Shown here: piece after piece, positions 1 to 13,509 of the stretch
Layout: the number at the start of each line of letters is the position of its first letter
Position numbering within the stretch: the stretch's first letter is position 1
Assembly: GCA_008636045.1 (NCBI GenBank)
Contig: SNRW01000016.1
Span: 1-42,640, forward strand
Source of the DNA: Streblomastix strix
Lineage: Eukaryota
DNA length: 42,640 nt
Direction: 5' to 3'
Program-made: the position numbers and the translations under genes
Notes under the pieces: model-generated
The model's input: the letters and a program-made list of their open reading frames with translations, nothing else
Told to the model about the DNA's origin: nothing
The model's database searches: none

Positions 1-959
1 AACTATTTTATAAATTTGCATTTTTCGTTATTTATTTTAATAACTTGTTTATAAAAAATCGATCAAATTATGCGTCAGTCAACTACCAAGTTAAACTGTA
101 TTAAAACCCTTACGAATTACTAAAAACCAAAACCGACTGTAATATATCCTTTGTTCGTTTTGCATATCATAATAATAATCATATTTCAATTTAAATAAGT
201 AAAAATTATACCTAAGAATAAAAATAGTCGTTAATCTAATGCAAAAAGTAGATTTTTTCATGAATTATGTAAATTAAACATGTTTATTCACTCATTATTT
301 ATTTAAACATTATTTGTGAATATGCAAGCAAAAATAACCTCATAATAGTCACCTAGATAGATTTATTTTTAATCATATCTCAATTTTGATCCTATTTTTA
401 TTCTTGCATTGATTACAAATTTTATTTAGAAAACCTTATAGAACATTTTTTTATTTCTATTGATTTCTTCTTCTTTTTATTAAGTTAAGAATTTAATTCA
501 ATTATTTCATTATTATTTTTTGATTTATTATTTTCACTTTCATTATCTTTCTTCATTATTGATTTCTTTTTCTTTTTCTCATGTTAAGAATTTAATTCCT
601 TTATTGCTTTACTATTTTATGATTTATCATTTTCACTTTCAGAATCTTCATTAGTTATTGATTTCTTTTTCTTTTGACTATGTTAAAAATTTAATTCTTT
701 TTTCTATTTATAATTTTATTAATCATTCTTTTATGTTTTTACTTTAAAATATTATTATTATGAATTCAAACTTTTTTCAAGATTAACTGAAGAATGAAAT
801 GATTATGATGAAGTGAAATTTAATTATTATTTACTATTTTATTTTTGAATGAAACTTTGACTAATTTGATTAATTTGTTCATTAATGTTTTTATTAATTA
901 ATGTTGAAGAATGTATTAATTTATCTCCAAATGATTATGAAACTTGATTTTAATTCATT

Positions 960-2800
960 AAAATTGGATATTAATTCGTTATTCGTTAATCAATTTTGCT
1001 ACTTAACTTTGGAAAAGTATTAGCTTGCCATTAATATATGCCAAAAGGTGTTATTGAAAAGGTGAATAGAAAAAATTGTTCTTAAGTTCTATTTAAAGTA
1101 TAATTAAATATTGATTCAGGCATTGTATCTATAGTTTATTCTCAATCAGGAGATTAATTATGATAATTATCTCTTAAATTTACTAAATATTGGAAGAGTT
1201 GATATAGTAAAGGAAATATTTCACATAAACACGTTGAATTTGATTCAAAAACTTGAATGATTATGAATATCGAAGTGGTTATTTGATAGTATACACTTTC
1301 AAACTCGCCCTACTCACTGGGGCGCCGCCCTATATTTTTAGGGGGATAAGTCGGTCATTTAATCTACCCAAAATTTAAATTCTAATCATACAATTTACAC
1401 AAATCTTTGTAAATACATGCAATTATCTTTATTTTACAATATATATATTAGAAACTTAGAGAAATGAGTGTATGAAGTTAGTAACACGTTAATTTCTCAA
1501 ACATCTGATCCTTAGTACAATTGGAAGGGGACTCAAGTTTTGACCATATGGTGTGATTCTATGGCCAATATTTCATAAATTCACTTTAATGAAGCTTCAA
1601 AGTTTATCATTACCCCAAGTCAAGAATTAAAGTTTAAATTTCCCGACTTTGGCAAATCACTTTCAGACTCAAATAATAAATAGATATCTTTCATTCTTGT
1701 TGAAACTTCATAACAGTAAGTAGAACTAATAAAAAAAGTGTTTATAATTTAAATTGTAAATAAAAATCTTTTAAATGATGGCTATAATATTGTCAATCTA
1801 TTGATTATTGATTTATGTTTTATGATTAACTTTATTTTTATAATGCTGTAGGAGTTTGAATTAGATTTTTTTGCTGCGGAGTATTTGAATGGAAGGATTA
1901 TAATTGAATTTGAAGTTAAATAATAATTTCAATAGAAATCAAAATGTGTTACTATTCAGAATTGATTAATAGTCAATTCGGATTATTTTATTGAATTATA
2001 GGCGTTATATTAATTAATTACTATTATGATATTTTTGGATTTGTAGAATTATGATATTTTTTAAATTATTTAATATTTTAATCATCACTGTAATAAAATG
2101 CGCTGAGCTTTGCAGCTGAAGAATCAACAACAAATGTACTAATTGTTATTTGATTTGGTTTTAATTCATTATATAATTCGGCACTCATTCTAGCAAAATG
2201 TTCTCCATTTGAGATATTTATTTTTGTACCATAGAATATTGGTTAATTTGTTTAAAATGATGGATTAATTAATGTAATAGCTGTTAAATTTTAATTTGTT
2301 TAGGTAGAATTGTCAATAGCCGAAAATGAGAGTCTGTTTTTGAATCTTTTCAACGTATTAAATTTTTCTTCTTTGCCATATTCAATATCCTTTATAGTGT
2401 AATGCTTTCTTGCATATATTCTATATATCTTTGATGCGGAATCATCTGGATTTAATTTTGTTTATTAAATTATTCCATTGAAGAATTCATCAAAAAGTGG
2501 ATCAAAAATTGCGATATATGAAATTTCATGCTTTGCTTACCTTTTAAATAAAATTTTATCTAATTTTTATTAACTTTTTGTGAGTGCGAATTCATTTTAT
2601 TATTAATATCCTTATGAATTAATTTATTTTATAGGAATTAAATATTATCTAATTATTTTTGATTTAACAGTAACTATTTCATGTTCAGGATCATTAGTTT
2701 CATTGTTGGAATTATATTTTTGATCAAACTTGCAGAGTTATTCTCCTTCATGATATAAACGATGGACTTTTTTTTAAAGGAAATGATAATAATTTCCATT
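960..2800 (-). pseudogene. Degenerate hAT-superfamily transposase
   Basis: Code-6 translation gives, in hAT order: HEISYIAIFDPLFDEFF, FSAIDNST (first catalytic D, 2306-2326), NGEHFARM, TFVVDSSAA (second D, 2111-2131), VSTRMKDIY (TRW-like, ~1700), QVFESNSTCLCEIFPLLYQL (~1250-1200). Stops and frameshifts present; no CxxH motif or TIRs seen. Confidence 0.5.
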
Positions 2801-3375
2801 TAAGTACGTTATTATATATAAAGTATTTGTTATCATTTTTTGTATAAGTTTTGATTTCAGTCATCATATGCAACTTATTAACTGGATGTGACTTTAAAAC
2901 TGATTCTATTTAAATAATTAAATTTCAAAAATAATGCAAATAATAATATTATTAATCAATTAATTTAATTAAAATTTGTATTTATGCTGTTATTAAAATT
3001 ATTTTAAAATTAAATCATACAATTAAATGCTTTTTGAACCTTTTCTTTAATTTCGTTTTATTTATTTATTTTTTTCATATTAAAATTTTGTTATTAATTA
3101 TTATATTATAGTTATTATTGATTTGATGAAGGAGAATTTATAGGTTATGAATGTGATCTTACTAGTGATTTTTAATATTTGGAAGGTATTTAATTTTTCT
3201 ATTTTTATGTAAAAAGTTATTTATTAACTACTATATTCATCTTATTTTTTCTTAAGAATTTTAGTTGCTTCTGTTATTATTAAAATCTTTAGCCATTTTT
3301 GATATATTTTGTTCTTATTATTTTTATTACTATTCTTATAAAAAGTTTTCATTATTTCTCTTTCTTTTATTTTTT

Positions 3376-3880
3376 TTCAATTCTTATAAATTAATAGATT
3401 ATGATCGTGAAGTATTTGAAGATCTAGATAATTACGATTATTAAGAGAAATTCGTCTAATAATTTTAGATTTCTTATTACAAATTGTTTTATTAACAACA
3501 TTTAAGATTTTATTATATTAATTGTTTTATTAAGTAAGTAATAGCGGTTATTATTTAAATTGCTTTGGATTTGATGTTGATTGAAGTTATTAGTTATATT
3601 GTTTAGAAGAATTTTAAAAATATATACTAGAATTTGGAGACAGTTATTATTTATTTCTTGGAATTAATGACATTTGAAGTGGAGAGATTAATAGAAAATT
3701 AGGATAATTTATTAAACTACTATTTAAGACCTATTAAACGCATTTATAAAATAATTATTAACTTTATAATTGCCGAATATTATGAAAGTTTTATTGTGAA
3801 AAATAAGAATTATTATGAATTTGAATCTAGTTTATATAATTTTTTGGAGATTGTTGATTTAAACTAATTTATGATATCAT
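3376..3880 (-). CDS. Q/N/S-rich low-complexity ORF fragment, unknown (possibly host)
   Basis: Open under code 6 (MISQISLNQQSPKNY...); no recognisable domain. Confidence 0.2.
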
Positions 3881-3914
3881 ATTTTAAATAATAATTGTTT
3901 AAATGGAAAATTTT

Positions 3915-5460
3915 AATAAATTAATAAATATTATTTTTAATAGATTCTTAAAAATTATAAGCATTATAATTTTTATTTATTAATAATATTCAATAATCAA
4001 TAATAAAAAAATAAATATTTTAATTAATTATCAATTAGATAGTATTATATTTCAATGTAATAAATTTAAAACAAATTTAAGTGAGTTTATACTGGTGATG
4101 GGAGTGAATTGATCTTAAAGTGGTATTATCAATTTATAAAATAATAAATTGAAAATATTAATAAATATTAATAAATATTTAAAAATATAAATAAATGTAA
4201 ATAAATAAATATAAATAAATAAATATAAATAAATAATATTTTTAATAAATTCATAAAAATAATAAGCATTATAATTTTTATTTATTAATAATGTTCAATA
4301 ATCAATAATAAAAAAAATAATTATTTTATTTAATTATCAATTTGATTGTATTATATTTCAATGTAATAAATTTTAAACAAATTTAAGTGAGTTATTACTG
4401 ATGTTGGGAGTGATTTGATCCTAAAGTAATATTAATAATTAAAAAATTTTTTTAATTATAAGTATAAATAAATATAAATAAGTATAAGTAAATAAATATA
4501 AATAAATAAATATAAATAAATAAATAAAAATAAATAAATATTATTTTTAATAAATTCATAAAAATAATAAGCATTATAATTTTTATTTATTAATAATATT
4601 CAATAATCTATAATAAAATAATAAATATTTTATTTAATTATCAATTTTATAGTATTATATGTCAATATAATAAATTTTAAACAAATTTAAGTTAGTTATT
4701 ACTGATGTTGGGAGTGATTTGATCTTAAAGTGGTATTATCAATTAAAAAAAAATTTTTTTTTATATATAAATAAATAAAAATATATAAATATAAATTAAT
4801 AAACATAAATAAATAAATATAAATAAATATAATTAAAAATAAATAAATAATATTTTTTATAAATTCAAAAAAATAATAAGCATTATAATTTTTATTTATT
4901 AATAATATTCAATAATCAATAATAAAAAAATAAATATTTTTTTAATTATCAATTAGATAAGTAGGAAATATAACGAAGTTTATGGTAATTAAAATAAATT
5001 TAAATAAATTATAACTGATGTTGGGAGTGATTTGGTCTTAAAGTGGTATTATCAATTAAAAAAATTTTTTTATTTATAAATATTAATAAATATAAATAAA
5101 TATAAATAAATAAAAATAAATAAATAAATTAATAAAAGTAAATAAATAAATATAAGTAAATAAATAAATATAAATAAATAAATAAATAATATTTTTTATA
5201 AATTCATAAAAATAATAAGCATTATAATTTTTATTTATTAATAATATTCAATAATCAATAAAAAAAAATAAATATTTTATTTAATTATCAATTTGATAGT
5301 ATTATATTGCAATGTGATACCTTCTATGCGAATTTAATTGAGTTATTACTGATGTTGGGAGTGATTTGATCTTTAAATGGTATTATCTATTAAATATATT
5401 TTAAATTATAAATAGTAATGAATAATATAAAATATAAATAAATAAATAAATTCATAATGA
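3915..5460. repeat. Tandem satellite, five units of ~305-335 bp
   Basis: GCATTATAATTTTTATTTATTAATAAT recurs at ~3961, 4266, 4571, 4880, 5219. GGGAGTGA(T/A)TTG(A/G)TC recurs at ~4101, 4406, 4710, 5022, 5356. Units are separated by variable ATAA-type tracts. Confidence 0.95.
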
Positions 5461-5504
5461 TATAGTTTTCAGAAATACGTAGCATTACTGTAAATCTTCG
5501 ATTT

Positions 5505-6224
5505 TCAGAAATCTTGTGGTCCAATATCTGATTCTAGCTTGTCAGATAATGTTATAAAGTCTTTATTGACTTGATACAGCTTCTCAATATTATTACATAA
5601 TACGTTATCTATGTTCGAAATTGAGACATTCTTTGTTAGAACATCATCTACTCTTACAATCTCATTTTTCTTGTATTTTTTTGAAGTACAACTATTATAT
5701 CTCATCAGTGGCTCTTCCATAACAACTTCAATATCTTTCTCTTCTTCTTATGTTATTAATGCCCAGAGTTTAATATAGTTATCAGAGTTTAATATGAAAT
5801 CTTCACCTTACTTTCGTGAATCAACACATCTTCAAATCGTATCTATGATGAATTTCTAAATTTCTAGGTTAGGATGAGATAAATATGTATCCTTAACAAC
5901 TTATTCTGGTTCAACCTAAGCTGTTTCACGTGGAACTTCTTTATATTTATTAATATTATACTTATGTCTTCTTGGTCTTTCCGTTTATATCTCTCGTTGT
6001 GGTTCATATTCCTCATCGATAACTCGATCTCGTGATTATTGTGGAGTCTAAATCGAAGATTATATTTATAATGTTGGAATTTACAGTGCTTTCCTAAAAC
6101 CATTCGTAATAGCTTCATCAATTGCTTATAATCTGGCTTTATCTTCTTCAGATAATTCCTTTTTAACAGTACTCGCATGTTTACTTTTATGGACTCTTAT
6201 TTGATTTGTTTGTAGTGTTGTCAT
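5505..6224 (-). pseudogene. Conserved Polinton-like gene A, unknown function
   Basis: 240-codon code-6 frame with one internal TGA (~5832). YLSHPNLE and SDNYIKLWALITQ...EEPLM match the gene at 27141-27810. Confidence 0.75.
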
Positions 6225-6265
6225 ATAATTTTGTGTTTAAATAAAATCAATAAATATCTTATAAA

Positions 6266-6900
6266 AAGAATCAAGCATAAGAATTAAAGAATCTCATGGA
6301 AAATGGAACTTCAATTGAATATTTCAATAATGGATATATTATGTAAGTTAAAGATAAGATCAAAGTATATGAAGAATGAAAGAAAGCAGCAAGAACTCCG
6401 ACTAAAGCATAATAAACTAAATTATTATTTGATGCAAGAGGTGGAGGATAAACTAAATAACCAAAACGAACATTAAAAAGACATGTTGAATAAAATAGTG
6501 ATGAAGCTGAAGATGAAGCAGATGATTATCATATGAATATCGACGATGATGAATAAGACGATTAATAAATTTTCGTAGAATAACCGAGATAAACACCAAA
6601 ATCAAAACCGATGAAAATAACAAAGAAGATACCATAGATAAATTATACTTCTCCATCAGTTGATTTAGATGAATTAATACGATTAAGAACGGAAAACTCA
6701 TTCATTAAGTAATAACATCAAGAATCAATTAAGTAAGTTGAGAAATATAAAGCAAAAATAAGAGATTATAAATAAAAGAAACTTAACGATGAACTCATAG
6801 AGCAAATATAAGCTCCGCCATAAGAATAATTTACTGAATATTAAGAATAAAAATAATAATCGTACGAACTTAGATTTAATAAAACAGATTTATGGTGAAA
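6266..6900 (+). pseudogene. Conserved Polinton-like gene B (probable coiled-coil)
   Basis: IEYFNNGYIMQVKDKIKVYE and DLDELIRLRTENSFIKQQ match the gene at 26470-27084; internal TGA. Confidence 0.7.
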
Positions 6901-6904
6901 ATAT

Positions 6905-7417
6905 TAAAATTACTCTGCATCAACATCTTATTCATTATCACGTTCATTATCCTCTTCAGATGAACTATTAGGATTTTCTTATATATATCCTAGTTCTTTA
7001 AATATAACTTGATCTTTATCATTAATACTTAATAATTCCTTTATTTTTATAACTTTCTCGTCGTATTAATCAATTATTTTATGAATCCAAGCAAGTTCAT
7101 CTCTATTTGGAATTACAATTCTTTACAAACGTTAAATTAATAATAACTAAGAATTAGGAGCATAATACTTAAATTATAGTGCTCTTTATTTATCTTTAGC
7201 AAGATTAATTCTCTTCTTGATTCGTTATGCTTACTTTGCATCTTCTTCTGTTGCATATTTACGTTTTCGAAGTTTCAAATTAGGAATTTAAGGTAATTCA
7301 TCAGGTGGCTTGAGTTTAGATATATTTTCAGCGAATATTTATAATTAATCTTCAGGAAATTTAATTGGAACACTAAATTACCACTTCCCTTTTCAAGCTT
7401 TTGGAACAATTGCCATG
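6905..7417 (-). pseudogene. Small basic, possibly DNA-binding protein
   Basis: Contains LRKRKYATEEDAKQAQRIKKR and an acidic tail; one TGA and a probable frameshift. Confidence 0.45.
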
Positions 7418-7465
7418 TTTCTATTTTTAATAAGAAATAAAAGAAAAATAATAAAAAATTAAATT

Positions 7466-8641
7466 TCATATTTTAAAATATTATTTATATTTGTCATCTA
7501 ATTATTAAATATTATTTGCTATTAATTTACAATTATATATTGGTAATTCTATTATATTTATATAATTATATGGCTTTAATAATTTAGCAGTTATATTTCC
7601 ATTAGAATACTTAATTAACTCAGCTAATTCATTGAAATTTCTTCTTTATTTAAAATACTAATGACTTGTTTTTGAGTAATCAACATGAATTATTAGTATA
7701 TTTCCTGGTTAGGATGATAATAATCCTTTGTTTTATTATTGTTATTTAATTTCAAACAGTTTATCATATTGTTATCTTATATATTATCCTTCGATATCTT
7801 AGTTATCATTAGCTTATTATGGTAAGTATTTATTATCATAAGCAGATTGAGGAGTCTAGTTATACATCTTAATCATATGCTACATCAAATCATTATCAGC
7901 GAATTTCTATGAATCATCACCAAATCCATTACGAATCGTTCTTAAAACTGAGTCAACAACTCTATTATGATTAATGAACTTAGAATTAGTGAAGAATGAG
8001 GTTATTTTATGTTCCTTGCAGAATGATTTCAAGATACTTCCATTGAATCCCTTCTCACCATCACTTCTTATACTAATAATATGGTAATTTTTAACTAATA
8101 TTTACAAAGCATTCATAATTTAACCTGATAATTTATCTCTTAATGGGAAAACAACGAGATATTTAGTGTTGATATTGATACAGAATAGATATATTTAATT
8201 AGCTCTGATAATACGTTCATTCATTGAAAATTCTAAGTAAATTTCCCATGATCCAAGTTATGGTGAGAAATATGGACGATTCAGCTTAGATAATAGCTTA
8301 ATTTAGTAATCAGGAGGAATATCTTGTATTTCATCAGGAGATTTGCCATGAAGCTTCTTAAAATGCTCTGTCTTGGATTTGAAGGGATATTTTAAGATAT
8401 CTCCGGAATCTGGGGATATCTAATTTTCTGTCTGCAATCTTGTTTTGCAACGTAATCTTGGTACATTTGATTAATCGTGCTTTAAAATATACTGTTTATA
8501 TAATTTCTCCAGTTATTTCTCATTCAGTTTTCCCAAGTTTTACTTATTAAAATTTTTAACAAATTCTTAATATTTCATTTAATTGAAGTTATAATAGGCA
8601 ATATATTCAATCCATTAATCTATGTTTTCTTAGCGATTCAT
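7466..8641 (-). CDS. Retroviral-like (rve) Polinton integrase
   Basis: Uninterrupted 392-codon frame under code 6: PYFSPQLGSWEIY (expected first D is Y), YLFCININTKYL, IRSDGEKGF, NHNRVVDSVLRTIR, MYNQTPQSA. Confidence 0.9.
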
Positions 8642-8826
8642 TTTAGAAAATTCATAAATACCTCGTTCAATTGGAGGTTTACATATATATAAGAAGATGA
8701 AATCAATGGAGAATTACATCATAGAATGATTAATTTAAGTAAACATGAATGATTATGAGAAATTCGTACATTCTACAATAACAATGAGTTTATCAACTGC
8801 CATTGATAAATTCAAAGTTATGATTT

Positions 8827-11800
8827 TCAATTATCAATCTTATATTAATTAGATTTTAAACCATGAATTCAAGGTGTACAAGCTTAATTTCTAAGAACTA
8901 TTGTTTTTATATTGATTCCACTGATTCCTATACTTTCTTATATTATTTATGATAATATTTCTTATTTATGAATTAAAGATGAGTTATTTTCTTTAGTTAT
9001 TATATTGTTATTAATATTGTCTTCATATTATTAATTAATTTATTTATTATATTCTTGTTTTACTCCTTTCAATTTCATGGTTACTTTATAATTCATATTG
9101 TTGCTATTACCGGATATAATATCTGCTAACGTACTACGTTAGTTCTCCATATAATAACACTTTGGAGCTAATGCTAAGCAAGTTGTAGATTCAGATTCAA
9201 TATTCCAACTTAATATCTTCTTCTTATCATAGTAATTATCATTGTTTGCTGAAGGAAATAGCTATTAATATAACTCATCCCATAGTTTCTTATCTTTAAT
9301 TGGCCAACTCTCATGAATTATAGCTAAGCATAAACTATCAGTATCACTATAGATAACATGAATATAATCCATATCTAATCAAGAAGTTAGAAAGTTATAA
9401 TAAGCATTGAGATAGAAGTACTTTGAGTTATCCATTGTGAAGTAAGCAACTTATAATGGTGTTGAGCATGAACATCTCTTCTTTTCTAATTCAACTATGA
9501 AGCAATTCTCAGAAATCTATTTATCAGTAAGAAATGTATTAGACATATGATGTTTCCATACGTTTTTCTTATTGCACAATCTGAAATCTTTATATTTCTC
9601 TGAGTTAATAGAATCATAACTAACTGAGGTATTCAGTTCACGTTTGTTCTTTAATTTTTCACCTCTATTACCTTCAAATTGAGCTTTACAACGAAGATTT
9701 ATATTAGTTTTAACAAATTCATTGAATTAACAGTGTATAATATAGACAATAAGCTATTTAATATCATTAATCACTAAATGACAATGATTTATAAGAAACA
9801 ACAGATAATAATTATTGAATTACATATATTAATCATGCGTTGATAATAACATCATAAATTTTTATTCTTGCTTATCGTGTTACATATTATTTTTAATCAT
9901 ATTATCATAAGTATACTCACTAATAGTATCTTTATCAGTGATTATCTTACGATTTCTCCAAATAACTGGGAAATTAATGAATTGACTAATAAACTCATTT
10001 GGAATATGAGTTTGGACTTTAGCTATGAATAGATGAACATTCTTATTTATTATATCATCGTCAGAAGAGAATCTAAGCTTATTGAATATGAATTATTTTG
10101 CTTATTCTTGGTCATGAATAACATATTTAACTCCTCCTAGCATGTACATTCTATGATTTGAATATGGAATTAACGGATGTAGTTCTGAACTCATATAAGA
10201 TCCATAGAAGCTGTTAAAATCAAAGCAAATTATATTTTCAACGGTATGAGGAAGCTCATAAGTTATTACTTCAGGCGAAGCCTTCAGAAACGAAGTTTTT
10301 TCATTGTCTTACAATTTGAGTTTATGAATCTATGTCTTACCAGCGATATTCTCTCTATGAATATCGAATGAATTACCATCTACCATATCATTACGTAATG
10401 AATCATAGACTTCTTGATTAGAAATAGTCATTGGTAAGCTATATAATTCACAATATTTACGTAATTATTTCATTAATCTCGCTGTTTCCTTATCTTTATT
10501 AGAAGCATACTTATCACAGTACAGACAACAAGGTAATACGTTAGATTTAATATGAGATTTAATATTATCTATTCGATCTAGTGTTTGTTGATTATCATAA
10601 GTAAATCTTGCCTAACACATGTGTTATCGTTATGTAAAGAATACATCATGATAATATTCATAATCATCATACTGTATATTATGATTTATTCTTCTATTCT
10701 TTCGTTTGTCTTGCTCATTATAAGAATTAACTTTAGATTTCCAGTATTCTTATGATAAATCATAAGGTTTTGTATTGTCAATTGGATTAGACCACGAGGA
10801 AATATTAAAATTCTTATTGGCAAATGCGTATTACTTTAAGCATGATAATTTCGCTAACGATGTATTCTATAGTAAATCTATATTAAATGGAATATAATCA
10901 TTGATTCTATTGTCGATTGCTGATAATAATAGCAGCGATTATCGTATTATATCGTCGCTTAATTCGACTTCACCAATATCCATTAGAAAATCATCGAGTT
11001 CTATATTAGCACTGACATAGTTCTTAGCATCAATAAATTTTAAATGAATAGAGTTATCAGTAGATTTTACAATCAGATGTATTGGACAACACGTTGTACC
11101 TGGTCTATCGATAATCTCATACTTCGATGACTTAATATTCTTGAATATCAACGTTGTAGCTGATTTCAAACAGTCAAATCCAATACAATGTGCTTCGTAA
11201 CGTTGATGAACATTATCAGCATATTTATTATCATCTCGAATTTATAATGCTTCAATGAACACCTGGACAAGCCATTTATCAACGAAATTAACTTAAGATT
11301 TGTCAATCAATATAGTTTTGATATAGTTCTTAGCTTTAATTGTTGATGCAACAGCTGTTGGACCAAGAATTGGATATTAATAACCACGTATTTTCTATAA
11401 CTCTGTTTAAAACCTGAATGTTTTGTAATATTATGTTGCTTTATACTCTGAATCTCTGTTATGAGCTAAGAGAAATCAATAGGTCTTATTTGATGTTATG
11501 TAAGGAACAAATGGCTTAGGAAATTTCTCTAAAGTAATATTTTTCTTGATTTAACCATTGTTTTACTGATATTGTTTCAAATGAATATCCATTTTTCTCT
11601 TGGAATTACCATTAGGATCCTTAGCGAATACAGCATGATTATTACATATTGGACAGATTTTAGTACCTAATAGCTTATCAACACTGATAATATGCATGAT
11701 TTGTTGGTTTCCATCTTCATAGTTAAGAAGAAGAATATTATAATCTCGTGCTTATTAATTATCGACATGATAGTTTGTGAATAATTTATAAGGAACTTCA

Positions 11801-13380
11801 ACGTTCTTTTCATCAAATTCATAACAATTGATATTGTTATTGTATTTCTAACATACTTTCAATGAATCATCCAAGTTAAATCCTTGATAATTCTTAAGAA
11901 ATTCACGTTGATTCTCTTTTTTGACATTATAGAATTCAAATATTAATCTTTTGCCTTCAATAAATTCTTGAATAATGATCGATTTCAATGCCTTTTTTAT
12001 CAAGCTTTGTTATACAAGTTAAGTTATACCAGAAGCAAGTATTATAATCATCATCACAATGAATATATTTTATTTGATTCTTCTTATTTTTATGAATCTT
12101 AATGAGCTCTTCCATGTTCTTTCCAGGAAATGGTATTCTATAGGATATTACTTCCATTGAATAGATAGCAACCATAAGTTCTTTAATATCTATCATTTCA
12201 GTACGTTCTTACATCTAAATTATAGATGATCTTACGTATTGTTTAAATTCATTAATTTATTTTCTGCTGTAAAGTATAGTTGGAGCATGATTTTAAATAT
12301 GACTCTCATCAGGAAGTCTAATTCTATAAGTAACTTACATATAACTCACTGAATCTTATTAAACTTCCATTGGAGTTCTATATTTACTCAAGGAAGTACG
12401 CTTGTATGGTTTATAACGAGTTCTTCCTGGATATAACGCTTCAATCATATCTTTCCCAATATAATTAGGTTCAATAATGACTTCGCTTCGTTATATTACA
12501 GTTCCAAAATCAAATCCACACTTGAATAATCTACCATTTTCGTGTTAATAGACCCTTTCAATAAAAGCATCACAATCTCCTGGTGAAGTAATATTATTAT
12601 TAAAGAATGTTATTGTAACTGCTGTTTATTGATCTCCACCAGCATATTCAATCTAGTCATCTTTAAAATTAGCTCGTTTATCTTCAACAACCTATGATAA
12701 TAGATCATATCTCACTGGTTCTGTCAGAAGAATGAATTATTAATTATCATAGCCAAAATTATGGACATTTCTATTTGAATATTATTGATTCATTCGTTGA
12801 ATTTCTAATCTATTCCTAATATGTATATCACGTTCTTAAGGTAATAAATTAGATTCAAATCTCTAGAATCTAGCTTATAATTATTCTTATTCCATCATTT
12901 CCATGTTGAATTCTTAATCTCAAAATTCTTTCTCTAATTATTTTTATTGAGATTTTATTTAATAATGTCTTATTCGTTTATCAGCGTATTTCTATTGTTT
13001 ATTAACAATTTTGATAGGTTATGCTGGTTTCTCTCTTTATTTCTTTGCTGGTTACTATTACTTTATGAAATCTTTACGTAAAGCTCGTGGAGCTTGATTT
13101 TAAACAGTTTACTTCGCTGTTTACTGTTACTTAACAAAATCCTTAGGTATAGCTCTTGGAACTTGCTTGTAAGCAGCTTGTTGATGATTAGGTTTAGGAA
13201 TGTACTGTACTACAGGTTCAGGTTAAATAATAGGTTGTTTATTATCTTTGAGCCGTTTTTTATGAGCTTGCGGCTAATGCTATCGACGATTCTACTGTTA
13301 TCTTACGTTCTTCGGCTTGTTTTTCAAAGCTGGTCTTGCTTATTATTTCTTTATTCCCATTTGGTTAATTGTTAAAATAG
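8827..13380 (-). pseudogene. polB: Protein-primed family B DNA polymerase with HNH-like insert and degenerate exonuclease
   Basis: Motif A CFDFNSFYGS (~10200-10230), motif B region KRELNTSVSYD (~9620-9650), motif C YSDTDS (~9335-9352), LAPKCYY. Collinear with the polymerase at 37086-41389. Several TGAs and frameshifts. Confidence 0.9.
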
Positions 13381-13509
13381 ATTATTATTATTAATAAATA
13401 ATAATTTAAAATGAATTTATTATTCTTATTATTAAAAAATAAAAATAATTAAAAAAAATAATTAAATAGTGCTTGAGTGCTCGGTGCTCGAAGTCAAATC
13501 AAACCTTAT

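Noticed and set aside
1300..1360. GC-rich patch resembling a transposon end
   Set aside because: No partner inverted repeat or TSD found.
3915..5460. CRISPR-like array
   Set aside because: Units are ~300 bp, intervening sequence is homologous or simple ATAA repeat, and no cas genes are present.
8706..8915. Small plus-strand ORF MENYIIE...
   Set aside because: Early TGA, antisense overlap with the polB C-terminus, and no homologue seen in element 2.
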